Source: Candidatus Versatilivorator sp. (lineage in GTDB: Bacteria; Acidobacteriota; Terriglobia; Versatilivoradales; Versatilivoraceae). From it: a DNA stretch of 64,000 bases. The stretch lies in NCBI GenBank assembly GCA_965207735.1, contig OZ242296.1, forward strand, positions 352,001-416,000. The letters run 5' to 3'. Below the pieces are notes generated by a model that was given only the letters and a program-made list of their open reading frames with translations, made no database searches and had not been told where the DNA came from. Positions 41,029-51,400 of the stretch are shown here, piece after piece. Both the position numbers and the translations under genes were made by a program. How positions within the stretch are numbered: position 1 is the stretch's first letter; each line of letters begins with the position of its first letter.

Positions 41029-42159
41029 ATGCCGAAGACGGAATCTTCTTCAGCGCGCACACGGCAACCTGTTGGCAATGAGGAGCTTAGGATCCTGATT
41101 GCCGGTGGGGGTACGGGAGGACACCTTTACCCGGGAATCGCCGTCGCCCAGACGCTCGCCAAGCGCTATCCCAAGTCGGAGGTTCAATTCGTCGGGAGCG
41201 GGCGTCCACTGGAGGCACGCATTCTGAAAGAGGCGGGGTATCGCTTGAACAGGTTGCCGGTATCGGGATTGAAAGGCGTCGGCAGGATCGATCTGATGCG
41301 GGGATTCCTCAAGATTCCCGGGAGCCTTTGGGCTGCCTGGGGAATCATTCGCCGATTCCGGCCGACCGTCGTCCTGGGAGTCGGGGGCTATTCCTCGGGT
41401 CCTCCGGTCCTGGTCGCCTCACTTGCGGGAGTTCCCACCGTGCTTCACGAGTCCAATGCCCAGCCGGGGATCACCAATCGCCTGCTGTCGTCTTTCAGCC
41501 GCAAGGTGACCACCGCCTTTCCGGAATGCGAGACTTTTTTCCCGGGGAAAGCCGTGCTGACGGGGACTCCGGTGCGGCCGGAGTTTCTGGTCCCTCCGGC
41601 CAGACCGCCCGCGCGACCATTCGTTCTGTTGATTTTCGGAGGCAGCCAGGGGGCCCGGGCAATCAATCGGGCGGTGGTGGACGCTCTGGAAGGGTTGCGC
41701 CCACACTTCCGCCAGTTGCATTTCATCCATCAGACCGGCGAGCAGGATTTCGTCCAGGTGGAGCAGGCTTATCGGGAGGCGGGCGCCCAGGCACAGGTAA
41801 AGCCTTTCTTCACCGATATGCCGCGCCAGTTTCCAAAAGCCCACCTGGTGCTGTGTCGGGCCGGCGCCGCGACCCTGGGTGAGTTGGCGGCGGCGCGCAA
41901 AGCTTCTCTGCTGGTTCCTTTTCCGGGAGCCACAGACAACCATCAACTTCGGAACGCCGAATCGCTGGCGGCTGCCGGAGCTGCTGAAATCATTCGGCAG
42001 GAGGAATTGAGCGGGAAGCTCCTGGCCACCCGGATCGAACACTATTTTCACCACCCGGAGCAGTTGGAGAGAATGGAGACTCGGAGCGGCAGTTTGGCCC
42101 GGCCTGATTCGGCCCAACAGATTGTGGACTTGATCGGGGAATTGGCCGGTTTGGATTGA
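41029..42159 (+). CDS. murG: Lipid II GlcNAc transferase
   Basis: GGGTGGHLYP, GGSQGA, CRAGAATLGE. Confidence 0.96.
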   Translation: MPKTESSSARTRQPVGNEELRILIAGGGTGGHLYPGIAVAQTLAKRYPKSEVQFVGSGRPLEARILKEAGYRLNRLPVSGLKGVGRIDLMRGFLKIPGSLWAAWGIIRRFRPTVVLGVGGYSSGPPVLVASLAGVPTVLHESNAQPGITNRLLSSFSRKVTTAFPECETFFPGKAVLTGTPVRPEFLVPPARPPARPFVLLIFGGSQGARAINRAVVDALEGLRPHFRQLHFIHQTGEQDFVQVEQAYREAGAQAQVKPFFTDMPRQFPKAHLVLCRAGAATLGELAAARKASLLVPFPGATDNHQLRNAESLAAAGAAEIIRQEELSGKLLATRIEHYFHHPEQLERMETRSGSLARPDSAQQIVDLIGELAGLD

Positions 42160-42190
42160 CGGTGCTGGATGAGGTTCGCGAGAGGCATGC

Positions 42191-43576
42191 ATGTTCAACA
42201 AGATTCAGCGGATTCACCTCGTCGGGGTGGGTGGGTCCGGAATGAGCGGGATCGCTGAAGTGCTTCTGAACCGAGGATACCGGGTCAGCGGCTCGGACCT
42301 CAAGCTGACGTCAGTGACCCAACGGTTGGTTGAACGGGGTGCCCGCATCCACGGAGGCCATGCCCCGGCGCAGGTGAATGCCGCGGATGTGGTGGTGGTG
42401 TCCTCGGCGGTGAAGCCCCACAACCCGGAAATCGAGGAGGCCAGGCGCCGTCAGATTCCCATCATTCCCAGGGCGGAGATGCTGGCCGAGCTGATGAGAG
42501 GGAAGTATGGGATTGCAGTGGCGGGAACCCATGGAAAAACCACTACCACCTCCCTGGTGGCAGGTGTGACAGGACATGGCGGCCTCGACCCCACCGTGGT
42601 GCTGGGGGGGCGCCTCAATGCGCTGGGAAGCAACGCCAAGCTCGGCACGGGCGAATTCATGGTCGTGGAAGCCGACGAAAGCGACCGGTCCTTTCTGCAC
42701 CTGTCTCCGACGCTGGCGGTGGTGACCAACATCGACCTGGACCACATGGAGAACTATGACGGGATGGACGATCTGAAGGACGCCTTCGTGCAGTTCGCGA
42801 ACAAGGTGCCCTTCTATGGCGCGGCGGTCCTGTGCCGGGACGATCCGGCCGCCGGCTCGATCCTTGCCCGCATCAAGCGGCGGGTCATCACCTACGGGTT
42901 CAGCCGGGAGGCGGAGCTGAGAGTCTCCACGGCCCAATATTCAGGGTTCGGTTCCAGCTTTGAGCTCGACTACCTCGACCAGGGCCTCGGCCTCTTCCGA
43001 CTCAACCTTCCCGGGCGGCACAACGTCCTCAATGCCGCCGCAGCCATTGCCGTGGGTTTGGATCTCGGTCTGAGTCCCTCGGTCATGCGTTCCGCGCTGG
43101 CCGAATTCGAAGGACCGGATCGGCGATTTCAGCTCAAGGGTCGAGTCGAGGGGATCACCCTAGTCGATGACTACGGCCACCATCCAACCGAAATCTCAGC
43201 AACCTTGCAGGCGGCAGGGCATTTCCGAGCGGAGCGCCTGGTGGTGGTGTTTCAGCCGCACCGCTACAGCCGGACTCAGTACTGCTTCGAAGAGTTTGCC
43301 GGGGCCTTCGACAGGGCCGACCTGGTCCTGTTGGCGGACATATACGCTGCCGGCGAAGAACCGATCAACGGATTGACTTCGGCCAGGCTGGCTCAGGCAA
43401 TACGGGGGCGCGGGCACCCCGAGGCTCATTACCTGGGTGCCGCCGAAGACATGGCGCCGCGGGTGGCGCGGCTGCTCCAAGCCGGAGACCTTGTCCTTAC
43501 CATGGGTGCGGGGAGCATCGCCAGACTGCCGGATGCGTTGTTGAAGCAGCTTGCGACGGCAGCCCCCGGCGTTTGA
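42191..43576 (+). CDS. murC: UDP-MurNAc--L-Ala ligase
   Basis: GGSGMSG, GTHGKTTT, EADESD, DDYGHHPTE. Confidence 0.96.
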   Translation: MFNKIQRIHLVGVGGSGMSGIAEVLLNRGYRVSGSDLKLTSVTQRLVERGARIHGGHAPAQVNAADVVVVSSAVKPHNPEIEEARRRQIPIIPRAEMLAELMRGKYGIAVAGTHGKTTTTSLVAGVTGHGGLDPTVVLGGRLNALGSNAKLGTGEFMVVEADESDRSFLHLSPTLAVVTNIDLDHMENYDGMDDLKDAFVQFANKVPFYGAAVLCRDDPAAGSILARIKRRVITYGFSREAELRVSTAQYSGFGSSFELDYLDQGLGLFRLNLPGRHNVLNAAAAIAVGLDLGLSPSVMRSALAEFEGPDRRFQLKGRVEGITLVDDYGHHPTEISATLQAAGHFRAERLVVVFQPHRYSRTQYCFEEFAGAFDRADLVLLADIYAAGEEPINGLTSARLAQAIRGRGHPEAHYLGAAEDMAPRVARLLQAGDLVLTMGAGSIARLPDALLKQLATAAPGV

Positions 43577-43618
43577 AGCGTTGTTGAACCAAGACCGGAA
43601 ACAGGGGAGGAACACCGG

Positions 43619-44521
43619 ATGACGAGGGTCAAGACCAAGGCGATCAACTATCTCGAGAGGCAACCGAGCGCCATTCTGCAAAGGCAGCGACCGTCCGGCA
43701 ACAGCAAGGGAAAGACCGTGCGGGAGGTTCTGCGCTGGTCGCTCAAGCTCTCCTTCGGGTTGTTGCTGGTGTCCATGCTTTCGTTCGGCCTCTACTGGAT
43801 GAAAGACAGGCTCTACAACTCTCCCCGGTTCGATATCGCCATCACGGAAATCAACGGACTGCAAAACATCTCGCAGAATCAGGTGTTGGTCAAGATCGGC
43901 GAACTGGTCCAGTCGAGCCGCAACCTGGTGAGACTCGACCTGGACCGTCTGCGGCGAAACCTGGAGCTGATTCCATGGGTGAAAACCGTGGTTGTCCGAC
44001 GGGTGTTGCCTGACAAGCTGATCGTCGACATCGAGGAACGGGAGCCGGTTGCCTTTGCCCGCGTGCCTCAGGGAACCCTGCTGATCGACGAGGAGGGCGC
44101 ACTGCTGGAACACAATCCGGAAGAGCTGTCAGGGGCGGATTTTCCCGTCATTCTGGGAATGGAATCGGGTTACGCGTTGGAAGTTCTGCGGCGAAACCGA
44201 GAGCGGATTTCCCTCTATCTGAGGTTGATTCGCTCCCTGAACCGGGGAGGCGCCGGGTTGAGTCGGGATCTTTCGGAAGTGCACCTGCAAGACCCCGGCA
44301 ATGTCTCGGTCATTCTCAATGGAGATTCGGTTCTGGTTTACCTGGGAAAGGACGGTTTTCAGAAAAAGTTCCGTCGCTATCTGGCCGCGAGCCGCGAGCT
44401 CAAGAAGAAATACCGGAATCTGGACTCGGTGGACCTGCGCTACCGGGATCAGGTGGTGATCAGGACCCTGGACCCCAAGCTGGCTAAAGGCGTTTCCAAG
44501 AAGGCCTCTTCAGACGGTTGA
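43619..44521 (+). CDS. ftsQ: Cell division protein FtsQ/DivIB
   Basis: Transmembrane segment, POTRA domain (PWVK..VRRVLPDKL..EREP), VDLRY. Confidence 0.9.
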   Translation: MTRVKTKAINYLERQPSAILQRQRPSGNSKGKTVREVLRWSLKLSFGLLLVSMLSFGLYWMKDRLYNSPRFDIAITEINGLQNISQNQVLVKIGELVQSSRNLVRLDLDRLRRNLELIPWVKTVVVRRVLPDKLIVDIEEREPVAFARVPQGTLLIDEEGALLEHNPEELSGADFPVILGMESGYALEVLRRNRERISLYLRLIRSLNRGGAGLSRDLSEVHLQDPGNVSVILNGDSVLVYLGKDGFQKKFRRYLAASRELKKKYRNLDSVDLRYRDQVVIRTLDPKLAKGVSKKASSDG

Positions 44522-44575
44522 ATCAGGCGCTGACGGCTCGGATTTCGGGGACATTCCAGGAGGCTGGAGGTCTGC

Positions 44576-45814
44576 TTGGCCCGCAAAACCAAATATGTAG
44601 TCGGCTTGGACGTCGGCACCACCAAGACCTGCACCATCATCTGCGAGGTCAACGATGAGGGAGTCCTGGAGGTGGTTGGGGTCGGGTCGGCCGAATCCAG
44701 GGGCTTGCGCAGGGGCGTGGTCGTCCACCTGGACGGAGCCGTCTCCGCCATCAAGAAGTCGGTGGAGGAAGCCGAGCGCAGCGCGGGAACGGCTGTGGAG
44801 TCAGTATTCGTAGGGCTCTCCGGGGGGCACATCCAGAGCTTCAACAGCCAGGGAGCGGTGGCAGTCACGGCTGAAAGCCGCGAAATCGGCCAAGCCGATA
44901 TTCGCCGAGTTCTGGAGACGGCCAAGGCGGTCTCACTACCGTCCGACCGCGAAATCGTCCACGTGCTTCCTCAGGAATGTGTGGTCGACGGCCAGGACGG
45001 CATCGGCGATCCGCTGGGTCTGTTGGGAACTCGCCTGGAGGTGAATTGCCATATCGTCACCAGCTCGAGCACGGCTGCTCAGAATATTGTGACGGCCGTC
45101 AACCGAAGTGGACTCATCGTGGCGGACACTATCCTGCAACAACTGGCTTCTGCCGAGAGCACCTTGAGCGATGACGAAAAGGAGCTGGGTGTGGCTCTGG
45201 TCGACGTGGGTGGGGGCACCACCGATCTTGCCGTCTACACTCAGGGAGGCATCCGACACAGCTCTGTTCTGCCCTTGGGTGGGGACCAGATCACCAACGA
45301 TGTCGCCGTCGGCCTCAGAACCTCCATCCTGGAGGCCGAGAGGATCAAGCGTGACCATGGATGCGCCATGTCGACCCTGGTCGAAGAAGATATTGACTTT
45401 GAGGTCCCGAGCGTGGCCGGCCGGCAAGGCAAATCCATCAGCAAGCGGATTCTCTGCGAGATCATCCAGCCGAGGATGGAGGAAATGCTCACCCTGGTCC
45501 AGGAGGACATCCGGCAAGCGGGTTACGAGAGGCTCTTGGGAGCAGGACTGGTCCTTACCGGGGGAACCGTCCGGCTCGAGGGCACGGTTGAGCTGGCAGA
45601 GCAGATCTTCGACCTGCCGGTTCGACCGGGCAGTCCCCAGGGATTGGAGAAGATGGAGGGCGCCTTGGCCGCTCCCGCCTTCTCAAGTGCCGTCGGTCTG
45701 GTGCTCTACGGCTACCGCGCCCATGCCAACCGGTGGATTGGACGCCCGGTTGGCGACAACTTTCTGAAGAGATGGGCCTCGAGGATGTTTTCCCGAAAAG
45801 GCGGCAAATTATAG
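44576..45814 (+). CDS. ftsA: Cell division protein FtsA
   Basis: GLDVGTTK, DVGGGTT, VLTGG, amphipathic C-terminal tail. Confidence 0.96.
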   Translation: MARKTKYVVGLDVGTTKTCTIICEVNDEGVLEVVGVGSAESRGLRRGVVVHLDGAVSAIKKSVEEAERSAGTAVESVFVGLSGGHIQSFNSQGAVAVTAESREIGQADIRRVLETAKAVSLPSDREIVHVLPQECVVDGQDGIGDPLGLLGTRLEVNCHIVTSSSTAAQNIVTAVNRSGLIVADTILQQLASAESTLSDDEKELGVALVDVGGGTTDLAVYTQGGIRHSSVLPLGGDQITNDVAVGLRTSILEAERIKRDHGCAMSTLVEEDIDFEVPSVAGRQGKSISKRILCEIIQPRMEEMLTLVQEDIRQAGYERLLGAGLVLTGGTVRLEGTVELAEQIFDLPVRPGSPQGLEKMEGALAAPAFSSAVGLVLYGYRAHANRWIGRPVGDNFLKRWASRMFSRKGGKL

Positions 45815-45911
45815 GCTGCCGAACGTGGCTCGGGTTCCGGGTTTTCGAAATTCCGAGGCGGACTACAGAAGGATAGCGACTACCACGCCTTGGTGCTGGT
45901 GGTCCGACCAA

Positions 45912-45961
45912 GCACAATATGGGGTATTTTTCTTGATTTTCTCGGTCTAAGCGCTTATGTT
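45912..45961 (+). promoter_or_regulatory. Putative internal ftsZ promoter with an adjacent NrdR-box-like site
   Basis: TTGATT(45933)-17-TATGTT(45956); GCACAATATGGGGTAT just upstream. Confidence 0.45.
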
Positions 45962-46003
45962 TTCAATCAATCGCGGGCTCAGCCCTGCCTAAGGAGTGGA
46001 ACC

Positions 46004-47191
46004 ATGGAAACGACCCAGTCCGATCGTTCCGTCAAGTTTCTGTTGGACGAGCCTCCGGCCAACGGTGCCGTCATCAAGGTCATCGGCGTCGGAGGCGGCG
46101 GCACCAACGCTGTTAACCGAATGATTGACGCCGGCGTCGAGGCCGTTGAATTCATCGTGGCCAATACCGACATGCAGGCTCTCAGAGCCTCCCGGGCGCC
46201 GACCAAACTGCAGATCGGAGCCAAGCTCACCAACGGTCTTGGAGCCGGGGCCGATCCACATGTCGGCCGAAGTGCGGCGCTGGAGGATACCGACAGGATC
46301 ATCGAGGTTCTCGAAGGCGCCGACATGATTTTCGTTGCGGCGGGCCTGGGCGGGGGCACCGGGACCGGTGCGGCGCCTATTATTGCCAACCTGGCGGCCG
46401 AACTGGGTGCACTGACGGTGGCCATCGTGACCGAGCCATTCCTGTTTGAAGGGAAGAAGCGGAAGGTTCAGGCCGAGCGAGGGCTGGAAGACCTCAACGC
46501 CTGTGTGGATACGGTCATTGCCATCTCCAACGAACGGTTGCTCCAGACCGTGGAAAGGGGCACCAGTTTCTCGCAGGCATTTCAGGTGGCCGATGACATC
46601 CTGCGCCAGGGAGTTCAAGGGATTTCCGACATCATTCAGGTTCCCGGTGTGATCAACGTGGATTTTGCCGACGTGAGGGCAGTCATGCAGGGCATGGGCA
46701 AGGCCCTGATGGGAACCGGAACCGCCAATGGCCAGGACCGTGCCGTGGCAGCCGCCAATCGGGCGATCGCCTCTCCTCTTCTGGAGGATGTCTCCATTCA
46801 CGGAGCCAAGGGAATTCTGATCAACATTACGGGATCGGAGGAGCTTCTGCTTCACGAAGTCAGTGAATCGGCTTCCATTATCCACCAGGCCGCCGACGAG
46901 GATGCCAATATCATTTTCGGCGCCGTGATCGACAACAAGATAACGGACGACATCAAGATCACCGTTATTGCCACCGGGTTCAACGGAAACGGCGCCGGAT
47001 CGACGATGCAGACGGCCGAGAGCGAATCCCGGGATCTGGAACACGCTTCAGACCGTTCTTCAGATTCTCCCACCCCGGAGCCCGAGCCCGTCACCGTTCC
47101 GGAATCGGGGATCCCGCCAGGTCAGGGTCGTCCCTACGACCCGCGCGACCTCGAGGTTCCCGCCTACCTCCGCCGTAAGCTGGACGACTAG
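46004..47191 (+). CDS. ftsZ: Cell division protein FtsZ
   Basis: [30 protein letters not shown]. Confidence 0.98.
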   Translation: METTQSDRSVKFLLDEPPANGAVIKVIGVGGGGTNAVNRMIDAGVEAVEFIVANTDMQALRASRAPTKLQIGAKLTNGLGAGADPHVGRSAALEDTDRIIEVLEGADMIFVAAGLGGGTGTGAAPIIANLAAELGALTVAIVTEPFLFEGKKRKVQAERGLEDLNACVDTVIAISNERLLQTVERGTSFSQAFQVADDILRQGVQGISDIIQVPGVINVDFADVRAVMQGMGKALMGTGTANGQDRAVAAANRAIASPLLEDVSIHGAKGILINITGSEELLLHEVSESASIIHQAADEDANIIFGAVIDNKITDDIKITVIATGFNGNGAGSTMQTAESESRDLEHASDRSSDSPTPEPEPVTVPESGIPPGQGRPYDPRDLEVPAYLRRKLDD

Positions 47192-47246
47192 AAACGCCGG
47201 GCGGGCTGGCGCCGGGAAGTTCCGGCCCGTGCCGGGTGAAGACCTC

Positions 47247-47648
47247 ATGCGGGTCCAAATCGAAGCCGCCGTTATCGACTCGATGGTGGAGCATGCCCAA
47301 TTGGAGGCCCCGCTGGAGAGCTGCGGCCTGTTGATGGGTCGGGCCGGGCGGATCACTCACCTCCGCGGGATGCGGAACCGGGCTCAAAGTCCAGTCCGCT
47401 ATGAGATGGTCCCCGGGGAACTGTTTCAGTTCTTCAAGGGTCTCCGCGGCTCGGGCATGCAACATCTCGGGATCTACCATTCCCATCCCTCTTCCGAGGC
47501 CTATCCCTCGGCTACCGATATCTCCCAGGCCTTTTATCCCGACTGTGCCTACGTGATCCTCTCCTTGCTGGCGCCGGACTCTCCGTCCGTCAAGGCCTTT
47601 TCCATCGTGGAGGGCGTAGTCGCGGAGCTGACGATCCAGCGGATCTGA
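47247..47648 (+). CDS. JAMM/Mov34 (M67, Mec-like) metallopeptidase
   Basis: PLESCGLL, YHSHPSSEAYPSATD (HxHx7Sx2D). Confidence 0.9.
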   Translation: MRVQIEAAVIDSMVEHAQLEAPLESCGLLMGRAGRITHLRGMRNRAQSPVRYEMVPGELFQFFKGLRGSGMQHLGIYHSHPSSEAYPSATDISQAFYPDCAYVILSLLAPDSPSVKAFSIVEGVVAELTIQRI

Positions 47649-47837
47649 GAATAGGACCGCATTTCTTACCTGATGCGCCCGGCAGGATGGGGACATGGCT
47701 ATCCGATTCTTCCTTTTTCAATGAGGGACTCTTGGGTTAGCATTTTGACAGGCTTCAATTCCGGGTTTCGATCGTTCCATTGGATCGGAAGGGGTTGAAA
47801 CAGTCCGAGTTTTTCTGTCCGACGGAGGCGTCCAGGC

Positions 47838-48422
47838 ATGCGAATTGCGACGAGAGTTCGGGATTGGCCGTTGACGGTCCTGTTGCTGGCCGGAGTGGGG
47901 GTCCCGGTCTGCGCTCCGGGGGTGGAAGCGACCACGGTAAAGCAGCTTAGCCTGGAGCAGATGGTCCGCGGGTCGCACCGGATCATGCTGGGTCGCCGAG
48001 TTTCTCAGGAGACCTACTGGAACAAGAACCGAACGCGGATCTACACGGCCACCCGGTTTGCGGTTGCGGAAGACTTGAAGGGAGAATTCCGGGGGACGGC
48101 CACGGTGGTGACCGTGGGCGGCACCAGGGACGGTCTGACGCTGGCGGTGTCGGGGACGCCTACCTTTCGGGTGAACGAGGAGGTCTTGCTCTTCCTGGAA
48201 GCCGGCAAAGGCGGTCACTGGATCCTGATGGGACTCTCCCAGGGCATGTTCCGCATCGCCGCCGACCCGCGGGGAGTCAGGACGGCCTATCATGCCTCCT
48301 CCGGGCTCGACTTGATCCCGGCTTCACCCGAATCGTCCTCCCAGACACCGATTCCCGGTCGGGTCGAGCTGGACCGGCTGCTGAGCCGGATCCGTCAACT
48401 TGTCGGCATGGCCGGCGAGTGA
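47838..48422 (+). CDS. Exported hypothetical protein (pro-domain-like)
   Basis: Signal peptide, then ATTVKQLSLEQM.., GTPTF..EEVLLFL, GLSQGMF. Confidence 0.7.
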   Translation: MRIATRVRDWPLTVLLLAGVGVPVCAPGVEATTVKQLSLEQMVRGSHRIMLGRRVSQETYWNKNRTRIYTATRFAVAEDLKGEFRGTATVVTVGGTRDGLTLAVSGTPTFRVNEEVLLFLEAGKGGHWILMGLSQGMFRIAADPRGVRTAYHASSGLDLIPASPESSSQTPIPGRVELDRLLSRIRQLVGMAGE

Positions 48423-48453
48423 TCGGCAGGGTCAACCCCGAGGAGCCGTTTCC

Positions 48454-51400
48454 GTGCCATCCAATTCATGCAGGAGGAAGACCGGACGCAAGCCGTTGAA
48501 AGGCTCCGCTCCATCCGGGCATCCGCGCCGCGCCCGCAAGGCTCGGCGCCTGGTGCTCCTCTGTCTGCTTGCGGTGGTTTTCGTCTGGTGGATTTCCCGC
48601 CCGCCTGCCCTGGCCTTCGTTCCTTTCCTCAGCGGCGCCAAATGGAAGACCCTTCCGGTTACCTACAAGATCCATCAGAGCGGTCTGCCCTCGACCGGCA
48701 ACCACAGCGAATTCGCGGCCGTTCACGCCGGCTTTGATGCCTGGGAAAACATAGAGGATTCGGCGATCACCTTTTCCTACGACGGGACGACCGAGACTAG
48801 TGTCGCTGCTTTGGACTACACCAACGTGGTCTCGTTTCAGGATGAGATCTTCGACTTCGGCTCGGCGGTGATTGCGGTGACTCTCACCTATTATCCTAGA
48901 AGAGTCGAGGATCCTCCAATTCTGGATGCCGATATCGTCTTCAATCCCAACCTGAATTTCTCGAGCGACGGCGCACCGGGCACCTTCGATCTGCAGTCGA
49001 TTGCCACACATGAGGTCGGGCATCTCTTGGGGCTGGACCATACGGCCATCGTGTCCGCCACCATGAATCCACAGGCCGGCATTGGAGTGACCATCTTCCG
49101 GGTGCTTCACACCGATGACCGGATCGGATGCTCGGTCCTCTATCCCACACCCAAATTCAGTCGTTCGACTGGAGAGCTTGCGGGAAGGGTCCTGTTTGAC
49201 GGCGCAGGGGTCTACGGAGCCCACGTGGTGGCTTTGGACGAGGAGGGAAGGGCGGTTACCTCCGCCCTTTCCGGAGAAGACGGCAGCTACCGGGTTTCAG
49301 GGCTGCCCCCGGGTTCCTATAGGCTCTACGTCGAGCCCCTGGATGGGCCGGTGTTGGAAAGCAACATCATCAAACCCCGTGGCTCCTCGGACTTCAACAC
49401 CCGATTCGCCACCACCTTCCTGGGGAGAGGGCCGGACAGCCAGGTCGGGGAGTCGGTTGCGGTGGCCTCCGGCGCCACCCTTATGGGCCAGGACATCTCG
49501 GTGTCGCCTGCGGCGCTTCCTCACCTGAACATCGAGGACCCATCTCTGGGCACTCGCCTTGAAAGGGGCGTCAGTGAATCGATTCGAGTCTTTGGAGACG
49601 GACTCGGGATTGGGAGCAGGTACTTCGTGCTGGGAGGGGGAATGGTCCTGGAATCGCCCAGGTCAATCGGCGGCAGCGGAGCCGAAATTGAAGTTAGCGT
49701 GGAAGGCCGCGCCCCCCTGGGTTCCAGGAGCCTGTTCGTTGAGAAGGGGGATGTCCTGGCGGCCTTGAGCGGGGGCGTAGACGTGACGCGTCCAGACCCG
49801 GAACTATCCGGCATCACTCCCCGATCGGGCCCCCGCGCGGGGGGGACTCCGGTAACCGTCACCGGTTCGAACTTCGATCGCGAGGCCATCGTGAGCCTGG
49901 ACGGTATTCCCCTGAATGACCAAAAATGGCTGAACGCGAGGATGATTCAGGGGACCACCGGGCCCAACGGCTGTGGATCTCTCAACCTGCTGGCCATTAA
50001 TCCCGACGGCAGCAGCGACCGCCTGCAGTCGGTTTTCGAGGCCGTCTCACCACCCCCAACCATCGCGTCCTTGTCTCCCGGCTCAGCCGAGGTGACGTCG
50101 CTGGTCACCATCTCCGGACGCAATTTCGATCCGGTTGCGGAATACAACCGGGTTGGCTTCAATAACCATCCGGCGGAGGTGATTTCCGCCACCGAAAGCC
50201 GAATCGTCACGCTGGTGCCCTTTGGGGCCACCAGCGGTCCCGTTACAGTGGAAGTCTGCGGTCAAATCGCCACCAGCAGCGAGTTCACGGTGCTGCCGTT
50301 GCAACCCAGCCGGAACCGTCCCCAGCCTAGTTTTTCCTACCTGGATCTGAGCCGGGATCCGGAAGCCTCCCGGTTGGAGTTCCGGCTGGACGAAGAGGAT
50401 CGAACCCCCGACGACTCCATCGCCCGGATCGCCCTGCCCTTCAAGTTCACCCTGTTCACCAGGACGTTCCGGGAAGGGAGTCCGGTCAACATTTCCACCA
50501 ACGGCTGGATCTCGCTGACCCCTGCCTTGGCGGGCACGGCCGAATGGGAAAACGGCAGGCTTCCCGGACACCGGGTCCCAGGTCCGGGTGATTACGTCGG
50601 AAGCATGCCGGCCAACCTGATCGCCCCCTTCTTTCACGACCTGGTGGTCGGAGAAACCGACAGCGGCGTCTACACCCGGGTGCTGGGGGAGGCATCCAAC
50701 CGCCGTCTGATTGTCGAATGGAGTAACTTCAGCGCCTACGACGACAAAGCGGAAAATTCACGACCGGACTACACGACCCGGCTGACCTTTCAAGCGGTGC
50801 TTTTTGAAGGGAGCAATGACGTTGCCTTTCTGTACCGGCGCTTACAAGGGCCGTTGACCCAGGGTGAAAGTGCCACCGTCGGCCTTCAGAACGACGGCCG
50901 GGATCGGGCCATCCAGTTCGGTTTTAACCGGCCGCGGCTGTCCGAGGGCAAAAGCATCTTCTTTCGCTTCGACCCCGAGGACGGCAGCTATGCCTTCGAG
51001 CACTTTCTGCCTCTGGTCACCGACACCGACGAATTCCGCACCAACCTGGGACTCACCGCCGACGTCCTCTCGGGAGCCACCGTTCAACTGACGCTGTTCG
51101 ACCCTGCCGGCCAGGCCCTCGGCTCCCGGACCGAGCGGGTTCCCCGAGGGGGGCTGATCCAGCTCAACCACCTGGTTCGCCGCCTGCTGGGCACCGGGTC
51201 CAATGAGCCCTCCAACGTGTCGGGCTCCGTCCTGGTGGCATCCGACCAGATGGTGTTTCCCTACGTCACCCAGATCGACAACCGCTCCAGCGACCCCAGC
51301 CTGGATCTGGGAGCCATGTCGGGCGGCACCCGGCTGGGGATTCTCTCGACTACGTCGGTAAACCAGTTTCGTTCCTCCCTGGCTGTTCTGAATATTGGAG

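Noticed and set aside
42191-44521. murB and ddl missing between murC and ftsQ
   Set aside because: Common dcw variation; ddl is at 21527-22630 and murB may lie outside the window
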